From assembly GCA_963777505.1 (NCBI GenBank), contig CAVZQN010000008.1:256001-320000 (forward strand): a stretch of DNA of 64,000 nt, written 5' to 3'. This document shows, one piece after another, positions 9,661 to 19,786 of this stretch. Positions within the stretch are counted from its first letter, which is position 1. Every line of letters starts with the position of its first letter. The position numbers and the translations under genes are program-made. The notes under the pieces are model-generated. The model saw only the letters and a program-made list of their open reading frames with translations, ran no database searches and was not told the origin of the DNA. Origin of the DNA: an uncultured bacterium. Its GTDB lineage: Bacteria; Acidobacteriota; HRBIN11; JAKEFK01.

Positions 9661-11370
9661 ATGGCCGCCCTCAAATTTTTTAGGAAAAAAACGATTAACG
9701 GAACAATAACAAGACAAGATGAAGAACTAAAACAAAAAATTGTCATGATGATGACCTTCCGTATGGTCATTATCATCACATTGTTGGGTTCAGCGATCTT
9801 AATTCAGCTTGTTTCACGCACTATCCTTCCGATTAATCCGCTCTATTTTCTGATCTTTCTCACATCATTTTTTACTCTTGTTTCCGCAGTGTGGTTTGCG
9901 AAAGTTCAAAATTTGCGGGTGCTTGCCTATTTGCAACTTTCCGGCGATGTCATTGTTATAACCCTCTTGCTTTACTTTACGGGAGGTGTGCGAAGTCCAT
10001 TTTCATTTCTCTACATTCTTGTAATTATTGCTGCAAGTATCCTGCTGTACCGGAAAGGAAGCCTTTACATTGCTTCTATCAGCAGCATCCTTTATGGTTC
10101 ACTGGTCGATCTTTTATATTACGGATTCATTCCTTATTACGATCTTCAACCCTCTGAAATCGCGGAAATTTCTACTCCTTTGATTTATTACTACATCTTT
10201 ATTCACATTTTTGGTTTTTACACGACCGCTCTTTTGAGCAGTTATCTTTCCGAGCGTTTGCGCCGCACGAGTACTGAATTGCGCGTGGTGGATGAAGATT
10301 TACTCGATTTGAAAATTCTTCATCAAAAAATCATTGAAAGCATGAATACCGGACTTGTGCTTACAGATTTGGAAGGGCACGTCAATTTCATTAATGGAGC
10401 CGGCCTTCAGATTTTGGATCGTTCTACACATCAAATATTAGGCGAGAACATTCAGACCTTATTTATGGAAGGGATCGATCTTGAACATATTCGGAATGAA
10501 CTTGAAACCAGCAAGCAGGTCCGTTTAGAACGCCGCTTTTTGAAGAATCAGGAAATTTTCATCATTGGTATGAATCTGGCTTATCTTCCAACTTTAAAAG
10601 ATTCTCCTTATGGAATGATTTTGATTTTCCAGGACATTACAGAGGTTCACAGAAAGGAACAACAATTTCGCATTCAAGAGCGGATGGCAGCTATTGGAAC
10701 AATGGCTGCAGGGATTGCTCATGAAATTAGAAATCCTCTTGCGGCAATCCATGGCTCAGTTCAGATGTTAAAAAACGAGCTGCATCTTTCTGATGATCAG
10801 CTAAAACTGATGGAAATTGTTCTTACTGAATCTGTGCGGCTCGATCATACAATTCAATACTTTTTGAATTACGCAAAACCAAAACGTTTTAATCCAGGAC
10901 GTGATGATTTTCTTCTCGTAGTTACCGACACGTTAAGTTTCATTCAAAAGAGTCCGGAATTTAAGCCTGAACATCACATCACATTTTCAAAAAGCTCAGA
11001 AGAATTCATCCATGAATTCGACAGCAATCAAATCAAACAAGTCATTTGGAATCTGGCAGTGAATGCTCTTCACGCAATGCCTTCAGGTGGAACACTTCGG
11101 GTTTCATTGGAGCATGACTTACAGGGAAGTGTTGTACTTTCTTTCCGGGATGAAGGGCAAGGGATTGAGCGCGAACGGTTGGATTCAATTTTCGACCCAT
11201 TTCAAACATCAACGACTGGTGGAAGCGGTCTTGGAATGGCGATTGTTTATCGAATCGTTCAAGACCATCATGGAAGAATTTCGATTGATTCAAAGCCCGG
11301 AGCAGGGACGACAATTACAGTGCATTTTCCGGCTAAAAACACACGCTATGCGTTACCTCTGGTACAATAA
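9661..11370 (+). CDS. pilS: PilS-like sensor histidine kinase (multi-TM, PAS); start uncertain
   Basis: Multiple N-terminal TMs, H-box AHEIRNPL, N/G boxes, position between pilC and pilR. Confidence 0.88.
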   Translation: MAALKFFRKKTINGTITRQDEELKQKIVMMMTFRMVIIITLLGSAILIQLVSRTILPINPLYFLIFLTSFFTLVSAVWFAKVQNLRVLAYLQLSGDVIVITLLLYFTGGVRSPFSFLYILVIIAASILLYRKGSLYIASISSILYGSLVDLLYYGFIPYYDLQPSEIAEISTPLIYYYIFIHIFGFYTTALLSSYLSERLRRTSTELRVVDEDLLDLKILHQKIIESMNTGLVLTDLEGHVNFINGAGLQILDRSTHQILGENIQTLFMEGIDLEHIRNELETSKQVRLERRFLKNQEIFIIGMNLAYLPTLKDSPYGMILIFQDITEVHRKEQQFRIQERMAAIGTMAAGIAHEIRNPLAAIHGSVQMLKNELHLSDDQLKLMEIVLTESVRLDHTIQYFLNYAKPKRFNPGRDDFLLVVTDTLSFIQKSPEFKPEHHITFSKSSEEFIHEFDSNQIKQVIWNLAVNALHAMPSGGTLRVSLEHDLQGSVVLSFRDEGQGIERERLDSIFDPFQTSTTGGSGLGMAIVYRIVQDHHGRISIDSKPGAGTTITVHFPAKNTRYALPLVQ

Positions 11371-11436
11371 CTGGTTAATAAGAGGAGGAGAGGTCCGCCC
11401 AAGGGGGGCTCGAACCATCTCATGGAGAATTAAATA

Positions 11437-12822
11437 GTGAGTACGATTCTGGTCATTGATGATGAAAAGAGCATGCGAGATTTTCTCGCAATCATGCTCA
11501 AAAAAGAAGGGTATCAGGTTACCCTTGCTGAAAATGGCAAAACAGCGTTGAATGCCATTAATAAGAATGTTTTTGATCTAATTATTTCCGATATAAGGCT
11601 TCCGGATTCAGATGGATTGGAACTTCTACGGCAATCCAAAAAAATTTCACCCGATACCGATTTTATTCTGATCACCGCGTATGCTTCCACAGAAACTGCG
11701 GTCGAAGCTGTAAAGATTGGCGCCGCAGATTACATTTACAAACCATTCGACATCGAAGAGATGAAAATTATCATCCATCGATGTTTTTCCAAAAAGAAGC
11801 TCGAACGCGAAAACGTTTACCTGAAAAAATCGGTTGAGCGGCAGTTTCAATTTGAAAACATCATCGGACATAGTCCCAAGATGCAAAATATTTTTGATTT
11901 AATCCGTAAGATCAGTAACACAAACAGCACAATCCTGATCACAGGCGAAAGTGGAACGGGGAAAGGCATTCTAGCCAAAGCAATTCACTACAATAGCCTT
12001 CGAAAAGATAATTCGTTTATTTCGATCAATTGCGGCGCTATGCCTGAAAGCCTTTTGGAAAGTGAACTATTTGGTCACGTTAAAGGTTCTTTTACGGGAG
12101 CGGTTCATAACAAGAAGGGATTATTTGAGGTAGCCGATAAAGGTACTTTGTTGCTGGATGAAATTGGCGAAACCAGCCAGGCCATGCAGGTAAAGCTTTT
12201 GCAGGCGTTGCAAGAAAAAACGATCCGTCCAGTTGGTGGGACCGAAGAGATTCCAGTAGATGTGCGAGTTATTGCAGCTACAAATCAGGATCTGCAAAAA
12301 GCAGTTGCGGAAGGACGTTTCCGTGAAGATATGTATTACAGGATCAATGTTATCCCGATCAAGATTCCGCCATTACGTGAACGGAAAGAGGATACGCATC
12401 CGCTTGCTGAGGGATTTTTGCGCAAATTTGCGCAGGAAATGAACAAGAATATTTCGCGCATTTCTCCTGAAGCGATGAAGTGTCTTGAAAATTATGACTG
12501 GCCAGGAAATGTTCGTGAACTAGAAAATGCTGTTGAAAGAGCCATCGCGCTTGAAGTATCTGACGTCATTACGGTTGAAAGTTTGCCTGAAAAAGTGAGC
12601 CGTCTTCCTCAGCGCGGCGAAGTCGATGTTCTACATCTGCCGCAGCATGGAATCGATCTGGAAGGACATATTGAGCAGATACGAAAAGAAATTTTGATCG
12701 AAGCATTGCGTCGCAGCAAAGGTGTACAAAAAGAAGCTGCCAAGTTTGTCGGTATGTCATTCCGTTCCTTCCGCTATTACGCCAAAAAATACCGCCTGAC
12801 CAAAACAATGGCCCTGCGATAG
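11437..12822 (+). CDS. pilR: sigma54-dependent response regulator (PilR/NtrC type)
   Basis: REC domain, GESGTGK, ESELFGH-KGSFTGA, WPGNVREL, C-terminal HTH. Confidence 0.88.
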   Translation: MSTILVIDDEKSMRDFLAIMLKKEGYQVTLAENGKTALNAINKNVFDLIISDIRLPDSDGLELLRQSKKISPDTDFILITAYASTETAVEAVKIGAADYIYKPFDIEEMKIIIHRCFSKKKLERENVYLKKSVERQFQFENIIGHSPKMQNIFDLIRKISNTNSTILITGESGTGKGILAKAIHYNSLRKDNSFISINCGAMPESLLESELFGHVKGSFTGAVHNKKGLFEVADKGTLLLDEIGETSQAMQVKLLQALQEKTIRPVGGTEEIPVDVRVIAATNQDLQKAVAEGRFREDMYYRINVIPIKIPPLRERKEDTHPLAEGFLRKFAQEMNKNISRISPEAMKCLENYDWPGNVRELENAVERAIALEVSDVITVESLPEKVSRLPQRGEVDVLHLPQHGIDLEGHIEQIRKEILIEALRRSKGVQKEAAKFVGMSFRSFRYYAKKYRLTKTMALR

Positions 12823-12838
12823 CTCTGAGTCTCTGCGG

Positions 12839-14722
12839 TTAATTTTCTTCTTTTTCTTTACGCGCCGAGGCAATCAAGCTTTTGGCTTCGCCATTATGAG
12901 CGTCGATGCTCAGGACTCGTTCCCCGATTTGGATCGCATCATCGTATTTGCGATCCATCATTAACGTTCGCCAGCCCAAATTTAATAGCTGCTTCACGAA
13001 TTCTACTTTCTTTTTTTCTTCAATATACGAAATCACCATTTTCGCAGTTTCGTTCGCTGGCTCTAATTGTAAGATTTCATCAAATGTACCTTGAGCATCA
13101 TCATAACTGCCAAGTTCCATTTGTTTATTTCCACGAAAAACAAGCTTATCAATTTGTCGCTTACGCATAGAATCATTTAAAGCTTCCATACGTTTCAACG
13201 CGACAGGATGCTGGGGAAGAATTTTCAAAGCTTTTTCAAGAGCTTTCTTTGCGGTTTCAAACTGCGATTCGTTTATGAAGTGTTCTGCGCTTCGTAAATA
13301 TTCATTAAATTCTTCTAATGTTACGCGTTCCCTGATCAAAACTTGCAGCTCATAAGCTCCTTGATGTTCCGGTACAGCCTTGAGTACGTCTTCAACATAC
13401 CTATGAGCTAATTGATATTTCTTCTGCTCAATCGCGAGTCTCGCTTGCTGTACTAACTCTTCGATCTCAGGCTGGACCATTTCACTTTTCACTGTTTCAA
13501 GTAACATTCGCGCTTTCGAATGATTGGGCTGGATCTTCAAAATTTTTTCGAAAGCCTTCATCGCGATGTCATATCTTCCTTCGCGCATGTAATTCTGTCC
13601 CTGTCGCAGCAAGTCTTCTGCCTCTGCTTTTTTGATATCTTGCTCAACCATTTGCAGAAGTTGACTTGCATCGCGATCGTTTGGATCGATCTGGAGCGCT
13701 TGTTTGATGAATGAAATTGCCTGAACAGTGTGCCCTTCCACAATGTGCTTTTTTGCGGTGCGAAGAAAATTCGTGATTCGAGGGTCCGATTTCTGAGGCG
13801 TTAAAGGCTCCTGCACCGCCTTCTCCGCTGCCGTGGGCGTGTCCTTACTGGAACTTGGAGCGACTAATTCCTGAGTGGTGGCTTGTTGTGTACTTGAGCG
13901 CTCTGGTGAAAAGGAACGCAAAAAGTTTTCTAGATCATCAGCCATTTCATCTGCGGAAAAGTAACGCCTGGCAGGATCCTTATCAAGGGCTTTTCTTAAA
14001 ACACGGCCGATCGGAGCAAATTGCTCATCAATGGGCGGATCCATTTTTTGATATGGTTCATGAAGAATATGATAAAGAATCGTTGCAGTATTATCTCCAT
14101 CAAATGGTTTGCGTCCACTTAACAACTCATAAAAAATAATCCCGACTGCGAAGATATCTGATTTCCGGTCTACATGTGCGCCTTTAATCTGTTCAGGCGC
14201 CATATACTGAATCGTTCCAAGCACCATTCCACCCGAAGTCATTGTTGTACTTGTTACGAGTCGTGCAATTCCGAAATCCAGAACTTTTACATGAAAGTCA
14301 TCCGTAAGACGAACGTTTGAAGGTTTAATATCTCGATGCACAATTCCTGACTTATGTGCATAAGCAAGTCCACGGCAAAGTTGGATTACGATTCTGACTT
14401 TTTGTTCGAGTGAGACTTCTTGTTTGCTTTTGATAACAGCATGAATATCCGATCCGTGGATGTATTCCATACCAATGTATGGAACGCTGTTTTCTTCGCC
14501 CAGTTCATAGATTGTTACTATATTCGGATGGCGAAGCCTTCCGGCGGCGCGCGCTTCTCGATAGAAACGCTCTTTCAGAACAGGATCTTTCAACCCTTCC
14601 GCCGTCATTGTTTTCAGGGCGATTTCTCTATCGAGGATCGGATCGTAAGCCTTATAAACGACCCCCATACCGCCCCGACCAAGGACTTCGAGAATCTCAT
14701 ACTTCCCGATTTTGGAGGACAT
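12839..14722 (-). CDS. Hanks-type Ser/Thr protein kinase with C-terminal TPR repeats, no TM
   Basis: GRGGMGVVY, HRDIKPSN, DFGIA, YMAPE; repeated A...F...L.I.P TPR units. Confidence 0.94.
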   Translation of the reverse strand: MSSKIGKYEILEVLGRGGMGVVYKAYDPILDREIALKTMTAEGLKDPVLKERFYREARAAGRLRHPNIVTIYELGEENSVPYIGMEYIHGSDIHAVIKSKQEVSLEQKVRIVIQLCRGLAYAHKSGIVHRDIKPSNVRLTDDFHVKVLDFGIARLVTSTTMTSGGMVLGTIQYMAPEQIKGAHVDRKSDIFAVGIIFYELLSGRKPFDGDNTATILYHILHEPYQKMDPPIDEQFAPIGRVLRKALDKDPARRYFSADEMADDLENFLRSFSPERSSTQQATTQELVAPSSSKDTPTAAEKAVQEPLTPQKSDPRITNFLRTAKKHIVEGHTVQAISFIKQALQIDPNDRDASQLLQMVEQDIKKAEAEDLLRQGQNYMREGRYDIAMKAFEKILKIQPNHSKARMLLETVKSEMVQPEIEELVQQARLAIEQKKYQLAHRYVEDVLKAVPEHQGAYELQVLIRERVTLEEFNEYLRSAEHFINESQFETAKKALEKALKILPQHPVALKRMEALNDSMRKRQIDKLVFRGNKQMELGSYDDAQGTFDEILQLEPANETAKMVISYIEEKKKVEFVKQLLNLGWRTLMMDRKYDDAIQIGERVLSIDAHNGEAKSLIASARKEKEEN

Positions 14723-14787
14723 AGGATGCCTTGAGCGGAAGTATACCAGATTCCAATCGAGTGTAAGGCAAGTCTAAAACCATCAGG

Positions 14788-15804
14788 TCAAACACTGGAG
14801 CCGGCGTATTTTCGCGCTTTTAGAAGATGAACCAGATACATGCTCCAATGTCGATCATAATTTCGGAGTATCCAGGGAACGTCAAATTGCTGTTGTAGAA
14901 TTTTGTACTTCAATTCCATTTTGGGAATGTAATCGTCTTCGAGAATTTTTTGCAGCATTTCAGGCGCAGTCATGACTTCGTTTTCGAGCCATTCATCGAC
15001 TTTCGAAATATCAGTATGCCAATCATAGGGAGAGGATAAAATCAGGTCGCCATCCACTTTTAATAGAGCATCCATTTGTCCGATCAAAATCAGAGGCACC
15101 GCGACATTGTCCAAAATATTTAATCCAGACACAACATCGAATGAATAGGCTTTGAATGGAGGATTCAATGCATCTGCAACGAGAAACAGTGCGTTCGCCG
15201 GTGCAAGATAGGGTTCGTGAATGCTCTGATAGTACTCTCCCCGTATTCTTCTTTTGTATGTAGCTGTTTGGGTGCGTTGAGTACGCTCAGCGGCGGCCAA
15301 CGCGATAAAGTTCAAATCGATTCCAACAGCTAACTGGCTGCAACGTGCCAATTCAAATGTGTAACGTCCAACAGAACATCCAATATCCAGCGCGAATTCA
15401 TAATGATTTGAATCAATCAACTCAATTGCCTTTTTCCAAAATTCATCCAGTGATGAAACGGGATAATGCGAATCCATGTATGCAGAGAGGGCACCCTCAT
15501 TTACTTCAACTGGCTGATTCTTAAGGTCATAAAAATTCCGGATCTCCGGAGTTTTTTCAAGAAATGTAGAAAGCTGAAGCGAATCGGATCTCATCCATTT
15601 ATCAATATCTTTTAGGACGATTGGTACACCCGCTAGAACAGGAAATTTCTTTTCACAGGAAGGATTGGAACAAGAAAGGAATCCAGTTTGGACAAAATCT
15701 TCATCTTTTTTAAAGATGGAATCCAGCTTTAGTGGAGATTGTAATTCAGGCTTTCGACACTCAGGACAAATGATTGAAATCTGTTCGAAAGCCTCTTCTC
15801 GCAA
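14788..15804 (-). CDS. Class I SAM methyltransferase with Trm112-like Cys-rich N-terminus; resembles the OvoA C-terminal histidine N-methyltransferase domain
   Basis: CPEC...CSNPSC..FPVLAGVP; ALDIGCSVGRYTFELAR; ADA; LILSSPYDW; DVPWILR. Confidence 0.8.
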   Translation of the reverse strand: MREEAFEQISIICPECRKPELQSPLKLDSIFKKDEDFVQTGFLSCSNPSCEKKFPVLAGVPIVLKDIDKWMRSDSLQLSTFLEKTPEIRNFYDLKNQPVEVNEGALSAYMDSHYPVSSLDEFWKKAIELIDSNHYEFALDIGCSVGRYTFELARCSQLAVGIDLNFIALAAAERTQRTQTATYKRRIRGEYYQSIHEPYLAPANALFLVADALNPPFKAYSFDVVSGLNILDNVAVPLILIGQMDALLKVDGDLILSSPYDWHTDISKVDEWLENEVMTAPEMLQKILEDDYIPKMELKYKILQQQFDVPWILRNYDRHWSMYLVHLLKARKYAGSSV

Positions 15805-15813
15805 GAATTTTTA

Positions 15814-16315
15814 CTATTTCTTTTCTTCATCGAGACGTGTTGCCGGCTTATCGTTTACTAATTTGCTTGGTGGCGCGGAAATAGGAAGTTCCATATTCGG
15901 GTGAGGCGGCGATGAAGTGCCAGGCGACCATTTATCAGGCATTGCAGTACCGGGCAGATGTACGTCCGGATGCAGCGGCGCGGAAGGATGAGTGGGTGTG
16001 CCATTTTTCGGCGTTAGCGGATCCAGGAAGATTTATGTCCGGATGCAGCGGTGCTGAAGGATGAGGAGGCGACCATTTATCAGGTATGGCAGTGCCTGCA
16101 TCACCAGCTGTTTTCAAATTCCCTTGTAGCTTTACTTTCATCAGTTCAGCTTGAGAATCCATTACCCCTTTGGCTTCAGTAGCACTACTGGGATTGCCCG
16201 GTTGAGGCGTAATTTTTTCGGGAAGTGCTTCTTTCACACTCGGCGTTGTTTGGTTGTTCTCAAACTCAGGCATAGATGGCTTAATCGGGCCACCTGGAGA
16301 TCCAATCTTGGTCAT
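15814..16315 (-). CDS. Hypothetical Pro/His-rich protein with three ~24-aa repeats; 1-nt frameshift near 16000
   Basis: GGAGGT RBS; removing one base near 16000 gives a 166-aa ORF that restores repeats 2-3; DNA repeat spacings 73 and 145 nt equal 72n+1. Confidence 0.7.
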
Positions 16316-16504
16316 CGACGCACCTCCGTGCTATCATCAATAGAGTATCACTTACCCTTACGTACGTCGCCACTTATGGAGGTAGTTCTGTCCTCATCCC
16401 CTTCGCTCCTCCGCTCCCCTGCTCCCCTGCATTCATCCATACACGAAACAGTTTTTGTAATTTCATAGAGGATATTGTTATAATCTCGGCTTTCCCTTAT
16501 ATTT

Positions 16505-16576
16505 AGGCGCGTAGCTCAGTGGGAGAGCGCTTCCTTGACACGGAAGAGGTTGGCGGTTCGATCCCGCCCGCGCCTA
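16505..16576 (+). tRNA. tRNA-Val(GAC), CCA not encoded
   Basis: Acceptor AGGCGCG/CGCGCCT, D arm GCTC/GAGC, anticodon arm CTTCC-TTGACAC-GGAAG, T arm GGCGG-TTCGATC-CCGCC. Confidence 0.97.
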
Positions 16577-16645
16577 TAGCTGATAATGAACATAAAAATG
16601 ATTTTTAAGACCACGTATTAATCCCGCCTTTCGTGCACTCGAACT

Positions 16646-18571
16646 ATGCCTGAAATCAACATCAAAATTAATAGTGTTTTAAGACAAGTTCCGGAAGGAA
16701 CTTCCGTTACAGATCTTTTAAAAGATCAGCCGGAAGAAGTACGTCAAAATGCTATTGCTGCCAAAATAAATGGGCGTCCGGTAGATTTGTCGCACTCATT
16801 AAAAGAATCCGGTGAACTGAAATTTATTTTGCCATCATCTCCGGAAGGGCTGGAAGTCATCCGTCATAGCACTTCACACTTGATGGCTCATGCAGTCACT
16901 GAATTATTTCCAGACACACAAGTTGGAATTGGTCCTGTCATCGAAGATGGCTTTTATTACGACTTCAAGCGTGAAGTTCCATTCACACCACAGGATCTTG
17001 AAAAAATTGAACAACGGATGAAAGAAATCGTGAAACGGAATTTTGCTGTTTCACGAATCGATTATTCCAAAAATGAAGCACTGGATTACTGGCGCAAACA
17101 AAATGAGCCTATGAAGGTTGAACTCATTGAAGAACGCGGCGGAGAAACAGTAAGTTTTTATAAGCAAGATTCTTTCATGGATTTGTGTCTCGGCCCACAT
17201 GTTCCAAGCACAGGACGTCTCGGAGTATTCAAGCTGCTGCATACAGCGGGAGCATATTGGCGTGGTGATGAACGAAACGCAATGCTTCAGCGCATTTACG
17301 GGACTGCATGGCTAACCGTTGAAGAATTGCAGGAATATCTCCACAGGTTAGAAGAATCAAAAAAGCGTGATCATCGCAAACTTGGAAAAGAACTGGAATT
17401 ATTCACAATTAATGATGAGATCGGCCCCGGTCTAGTTATCTGGCTGCCAAACGGAGCACGCATCCGAAGACAAATTGAAGATTATCTCTATGGTGAGCTG
17501 TACAAACGCGGCTATGAGGTAACTTATACTCCGCACATTGCGCGTTTAAGTTATTGGGGCACAAGCGGTCATCTTGGCTACTATCGGGAAAATATGTATG
17601 CCCCAATGGAAAGTGATGAAGAAAGTTATCAACTAAAACCGATGAACTGTCCAATTCATATTGCAGTTTATCGAAATACTCTTCGAAGTTATCGTGATTT
17701 GCCGATGCGGCTTGCTGAATTTGGAACTGTGTACAGATTCGAAAGGTCCGGAGTACTGCATGGTTTGATGCGAACAAGAGGCTTCACAGTAGATGATGCA
17801 CATCTTTTTTGTACAATCGAACAATTAGAAAGTGAAATCAGTGGACTTTTAGATTTTACATTTTCGTTTTGGAACACATTCGGGTTCAAAGATATTCAAG
17901 TGTTTTTGGCAACTCGTCCTGAAAAAGCTGTTGGAGCTGTTGAAATTTGGGATACTGCAATTGAAATTGCCAGGAAGACTCTCGAGAAAAACAATGTAAA
18001 GTATGAAGTTGAAGAAGGCGGCGGCGCATTTTATGGCCCTAAAATCGATTTCAAAATCAGGGATGCAATCGGCCGCTGGTGGCAATGCAGTACAACTCAG
18101 GTGGATTTTCAACTTCCTGAACGTTTCAAGCTCGAATATATAGGAGCTGATGGTCAGCCTCACCGGCCGATCATGTTACATCGCGCCATTACAGGCTCGA
18201 TGGAACGCTTTTTTGGAGTATTAATTGAACATTTTGCGGGGGCATTCCCATTGTGGCTAGCTCCTGTTCAGGTCGCAATTCTTCCAATTGCTGAAAGGCA
18301 TCATACATATGGCGCAGAGCTGAAAACCTTGCTAGAATCTCGACAAATTCGAGTTATTCTTGACAGCAGAAAAGAGAAAATCGGAGCTAAAATTCGAGAT
18401 TCACAATTGCAAAAAGTTCCGTATATGATTATCCTTGGCGATAAAGAAGTGGAAAACCAGACTATTTCTGTCCGTCATCGCACACGCGGGGATTTAGGTG
18501 CGCGTTCCGTTCAGGATTTTGTGGACGAATTACTTCCTTTAATTACAAGCCGTGCTGTGGAAACTAATTAA
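16646..18571 (+). CDS. thrS: Threonine--tRNA ligase
   Basis: TGS domain, HSTSH, DLCLGPH, RDHRKLGKEL, KPMNCP, anticodon domain. Confidence 0.98.
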   Translation: MPEINIKINSVLRQVPEGTSVTDLLKDQPEEVRQNAIAAKINGRPVDLSHSLKESGELKFILPSSPEGLEVIRHSTSHLMAHAVTELFPDTQVGIGPVIEDGFYYDFKREVPFTPQDLEKIEQRMKEIVKRNFAVSRIDYSKNEALDYWRKQNEPMKVELIEERGGETVSFYKQDSFMDLCLGPHVPSTGRLGVFKLLHTAGAYWRGDERNAMLQRIYGTAWLTVEELQEYLHRLEESKKRDHRKLGKELELFTINDEIGPGLVIWLPNGARIRRQIEDYLYGELYKRGYEVTYTPHIARLSYWGTSGHLGYYRENMYAPMESDEESYQLKPMNCPIHIAVYRNTLRSYRDLPMRLAEFGTVYRFERSGVLHGLMRTRGFTVDDAHLFCTIEQLESEISGLLDFTFSFWNTFGFKDIQVFLATRPEKAVGAVEIWDTAIEIARKTLEKNNVKYEVEEGGGAFYGPKIDFKIRDAIGRWWQCSTTQVDFQLPERFKLEYIGADGQPHRPIMLHRAITGSMERFFGVLIEHFAGAFPLWLAPVQVAILPIAERHHTYGAELKTLLESRQIRVILDSRKEKIGAKIRDSQLQKVPYMIILGDKEVENQTISVRHRTRGDLGARSVQDFVDELLPLITSRAVETN

Positions 18572-18612
18572 TTGCAATCAAGCTGAACAAGCTTAAAACG
18601 GAGGGTGTTCGT

Positions 18613-19125
18613 ATTCAGCAGAATGTAAGAGCAAACGAAAGGATTAGGGCGAGAGAAGTCAGAGTTATTGATGAAGATGGATCTCAAGTCGGCGTTCTAC
18701 CGATTCGGGATGCATTAAATCTGGCGCGTGAACGGGAATTAGATCTTGTAGAAATTGCGCCAACGGCTCAACCGCCTGTTTGTCGAATCATGAATCTGGG
18801 CAAATTCATGTACGAGGCAAGCAAGAAGGCACAGAAAGCCAGAAAAAAACAAAAAACGATTCAGGTAAAGGAAGTTAAATTCCGGCCTAAGATTGATGAA
18901 CATGATTATCTGTTCAAGAAGAAACATATTGAGCGATTTATGGAAGATGGACACAAGGTTAAAGCGGTCATTATGTTTCGTGGACGTGAATTGGCGCATC
19001 CAGAAATTGGTAGACGAATTTTGGAACGCCTTATGGATGAACTAAAAGAGATCATCGATATTGAACGTCCACCAAGGCAGGAAGGTAACAATATGATTGC
19101 TATCTTTACCGCAAAACGTACGTAA
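18613..19125 (+). CDS. infC: Translation initiation factor IF-3, ATT start
   Basis: ATT at 18613 after GGAGGG is in frame with ORF 18790 and gives IQQNVRANERIRAREVRVIDEDG; KEVKFRPKIDEHD. Confidence 0.95.
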   Translation: MQQNVRANERIRAREVRVIDEDGSQVGVLPIRDALNLARERELDLVEIAPTAQPPVCRIMNLGKFMYEASKKAQKARKKQKTIQVKEVKFRPKIDEHDYLFKKKHIERFMEDGHKVKAVIMFRGRELAHPEIGRRILERLMDELKEIIDIERPPRQEGNNMIAIFTAKRT

Positions 19126-19191
19126 TGCGGTAGATCGGTAAGATCGCGTAACGCGCATTCCGCAATTACGCATCTTGCATCAGGAGTTCAA

Positions 19192-19386
19192 ATGAAACAG
19201 AAAACACATCGCGGAGCAGCGAAACGCTTCAAGAAGACTAAATCTGGAAAGATTAAGCGCTCCTCCGCCTACAAGCGTCACATTCTTACGAAGAAGAGGC
19301 CGAAGAGAAAGCGCCATTTACGTGGCTCAACAATTCTCTCAAAAGCGGAAACTCCGAAAGTAAAACGGATGCTGCCATACGCTTGA
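19192..19386 (+). CDS. rpmI: 50S ribosomal protein L35
   Basis: [13 protein letters not shown]; infC-rpmI-rplT synteny. Confidence 0.97.
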   Translation: MKQKTHRGAAKRFKKTKSGKIKRSSAYKRHILTKKRPKRKRHLRGSTILSKAETPKVKRMLPYA

Positions 19387-19435
19387 TTTTTTTTACAGCA
19401 GTAGTCTCGCTGTAAATATTGAAAGGTGAAAGAAA

Positions 19436-19786
19436 ATGCCGAGAGTAAAAAGAGGAAATAAACGGAGACAGAGACGGAAAAAAATTCTGGATCGAGCCTC
19501 CGGTTACAGACTGACTAAAGGGAAACTATATCGCGCGGCGCGTGAAGCTGTTCAAAAAGGATTAGCTTATGCGTATCGGGATCGCCGGAATAAAAAACGG
19601 GACTTCCGTGCTTTATGGATTGTTCGTATTAATGCAGAAGCAAGAAAACACGAACTTTCTTATAGCCGCTTGATCGCCGGCTTGAAAAAAGCAGGGATCA
19701 ATATCAACCGTAAGATGCTGGCCGAACTGGCTGTTTTTGATTCAGCTGGATTTGGTCATCTTGCGCAAATCGCAAAAACTGCGTAA
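19436..19786 (+). CDS. rplT: 50S ribosomal protein L20
   Basis: [30 protein letters not shown]. Confidence 0.98.
   Translation: MPRVKRGNKRRQRRKKILDRASGYRLTKGKLYRAAREAVQKGLAYAYRDRRNKKRDFRALWIVRINAEARKHELSYSRLIAGLKKAGININRKMLAELAVFDSAGFGHLAQIAKTA

Noticed and set aside
15900-16100. 72-nt periodic repeats as a CRISPR array
   Set aside because: The repeats are degenerate at codon third positions, encode a peptide repeat, and have no unique spacers or cas genes
16577-16645. tRNA-Val as an integration site, or a T-box leader for thrS
   Set aside because: No integrase or duplicated tRNA 3' end in the window; the spacer is too short and lacks a T-box sequence
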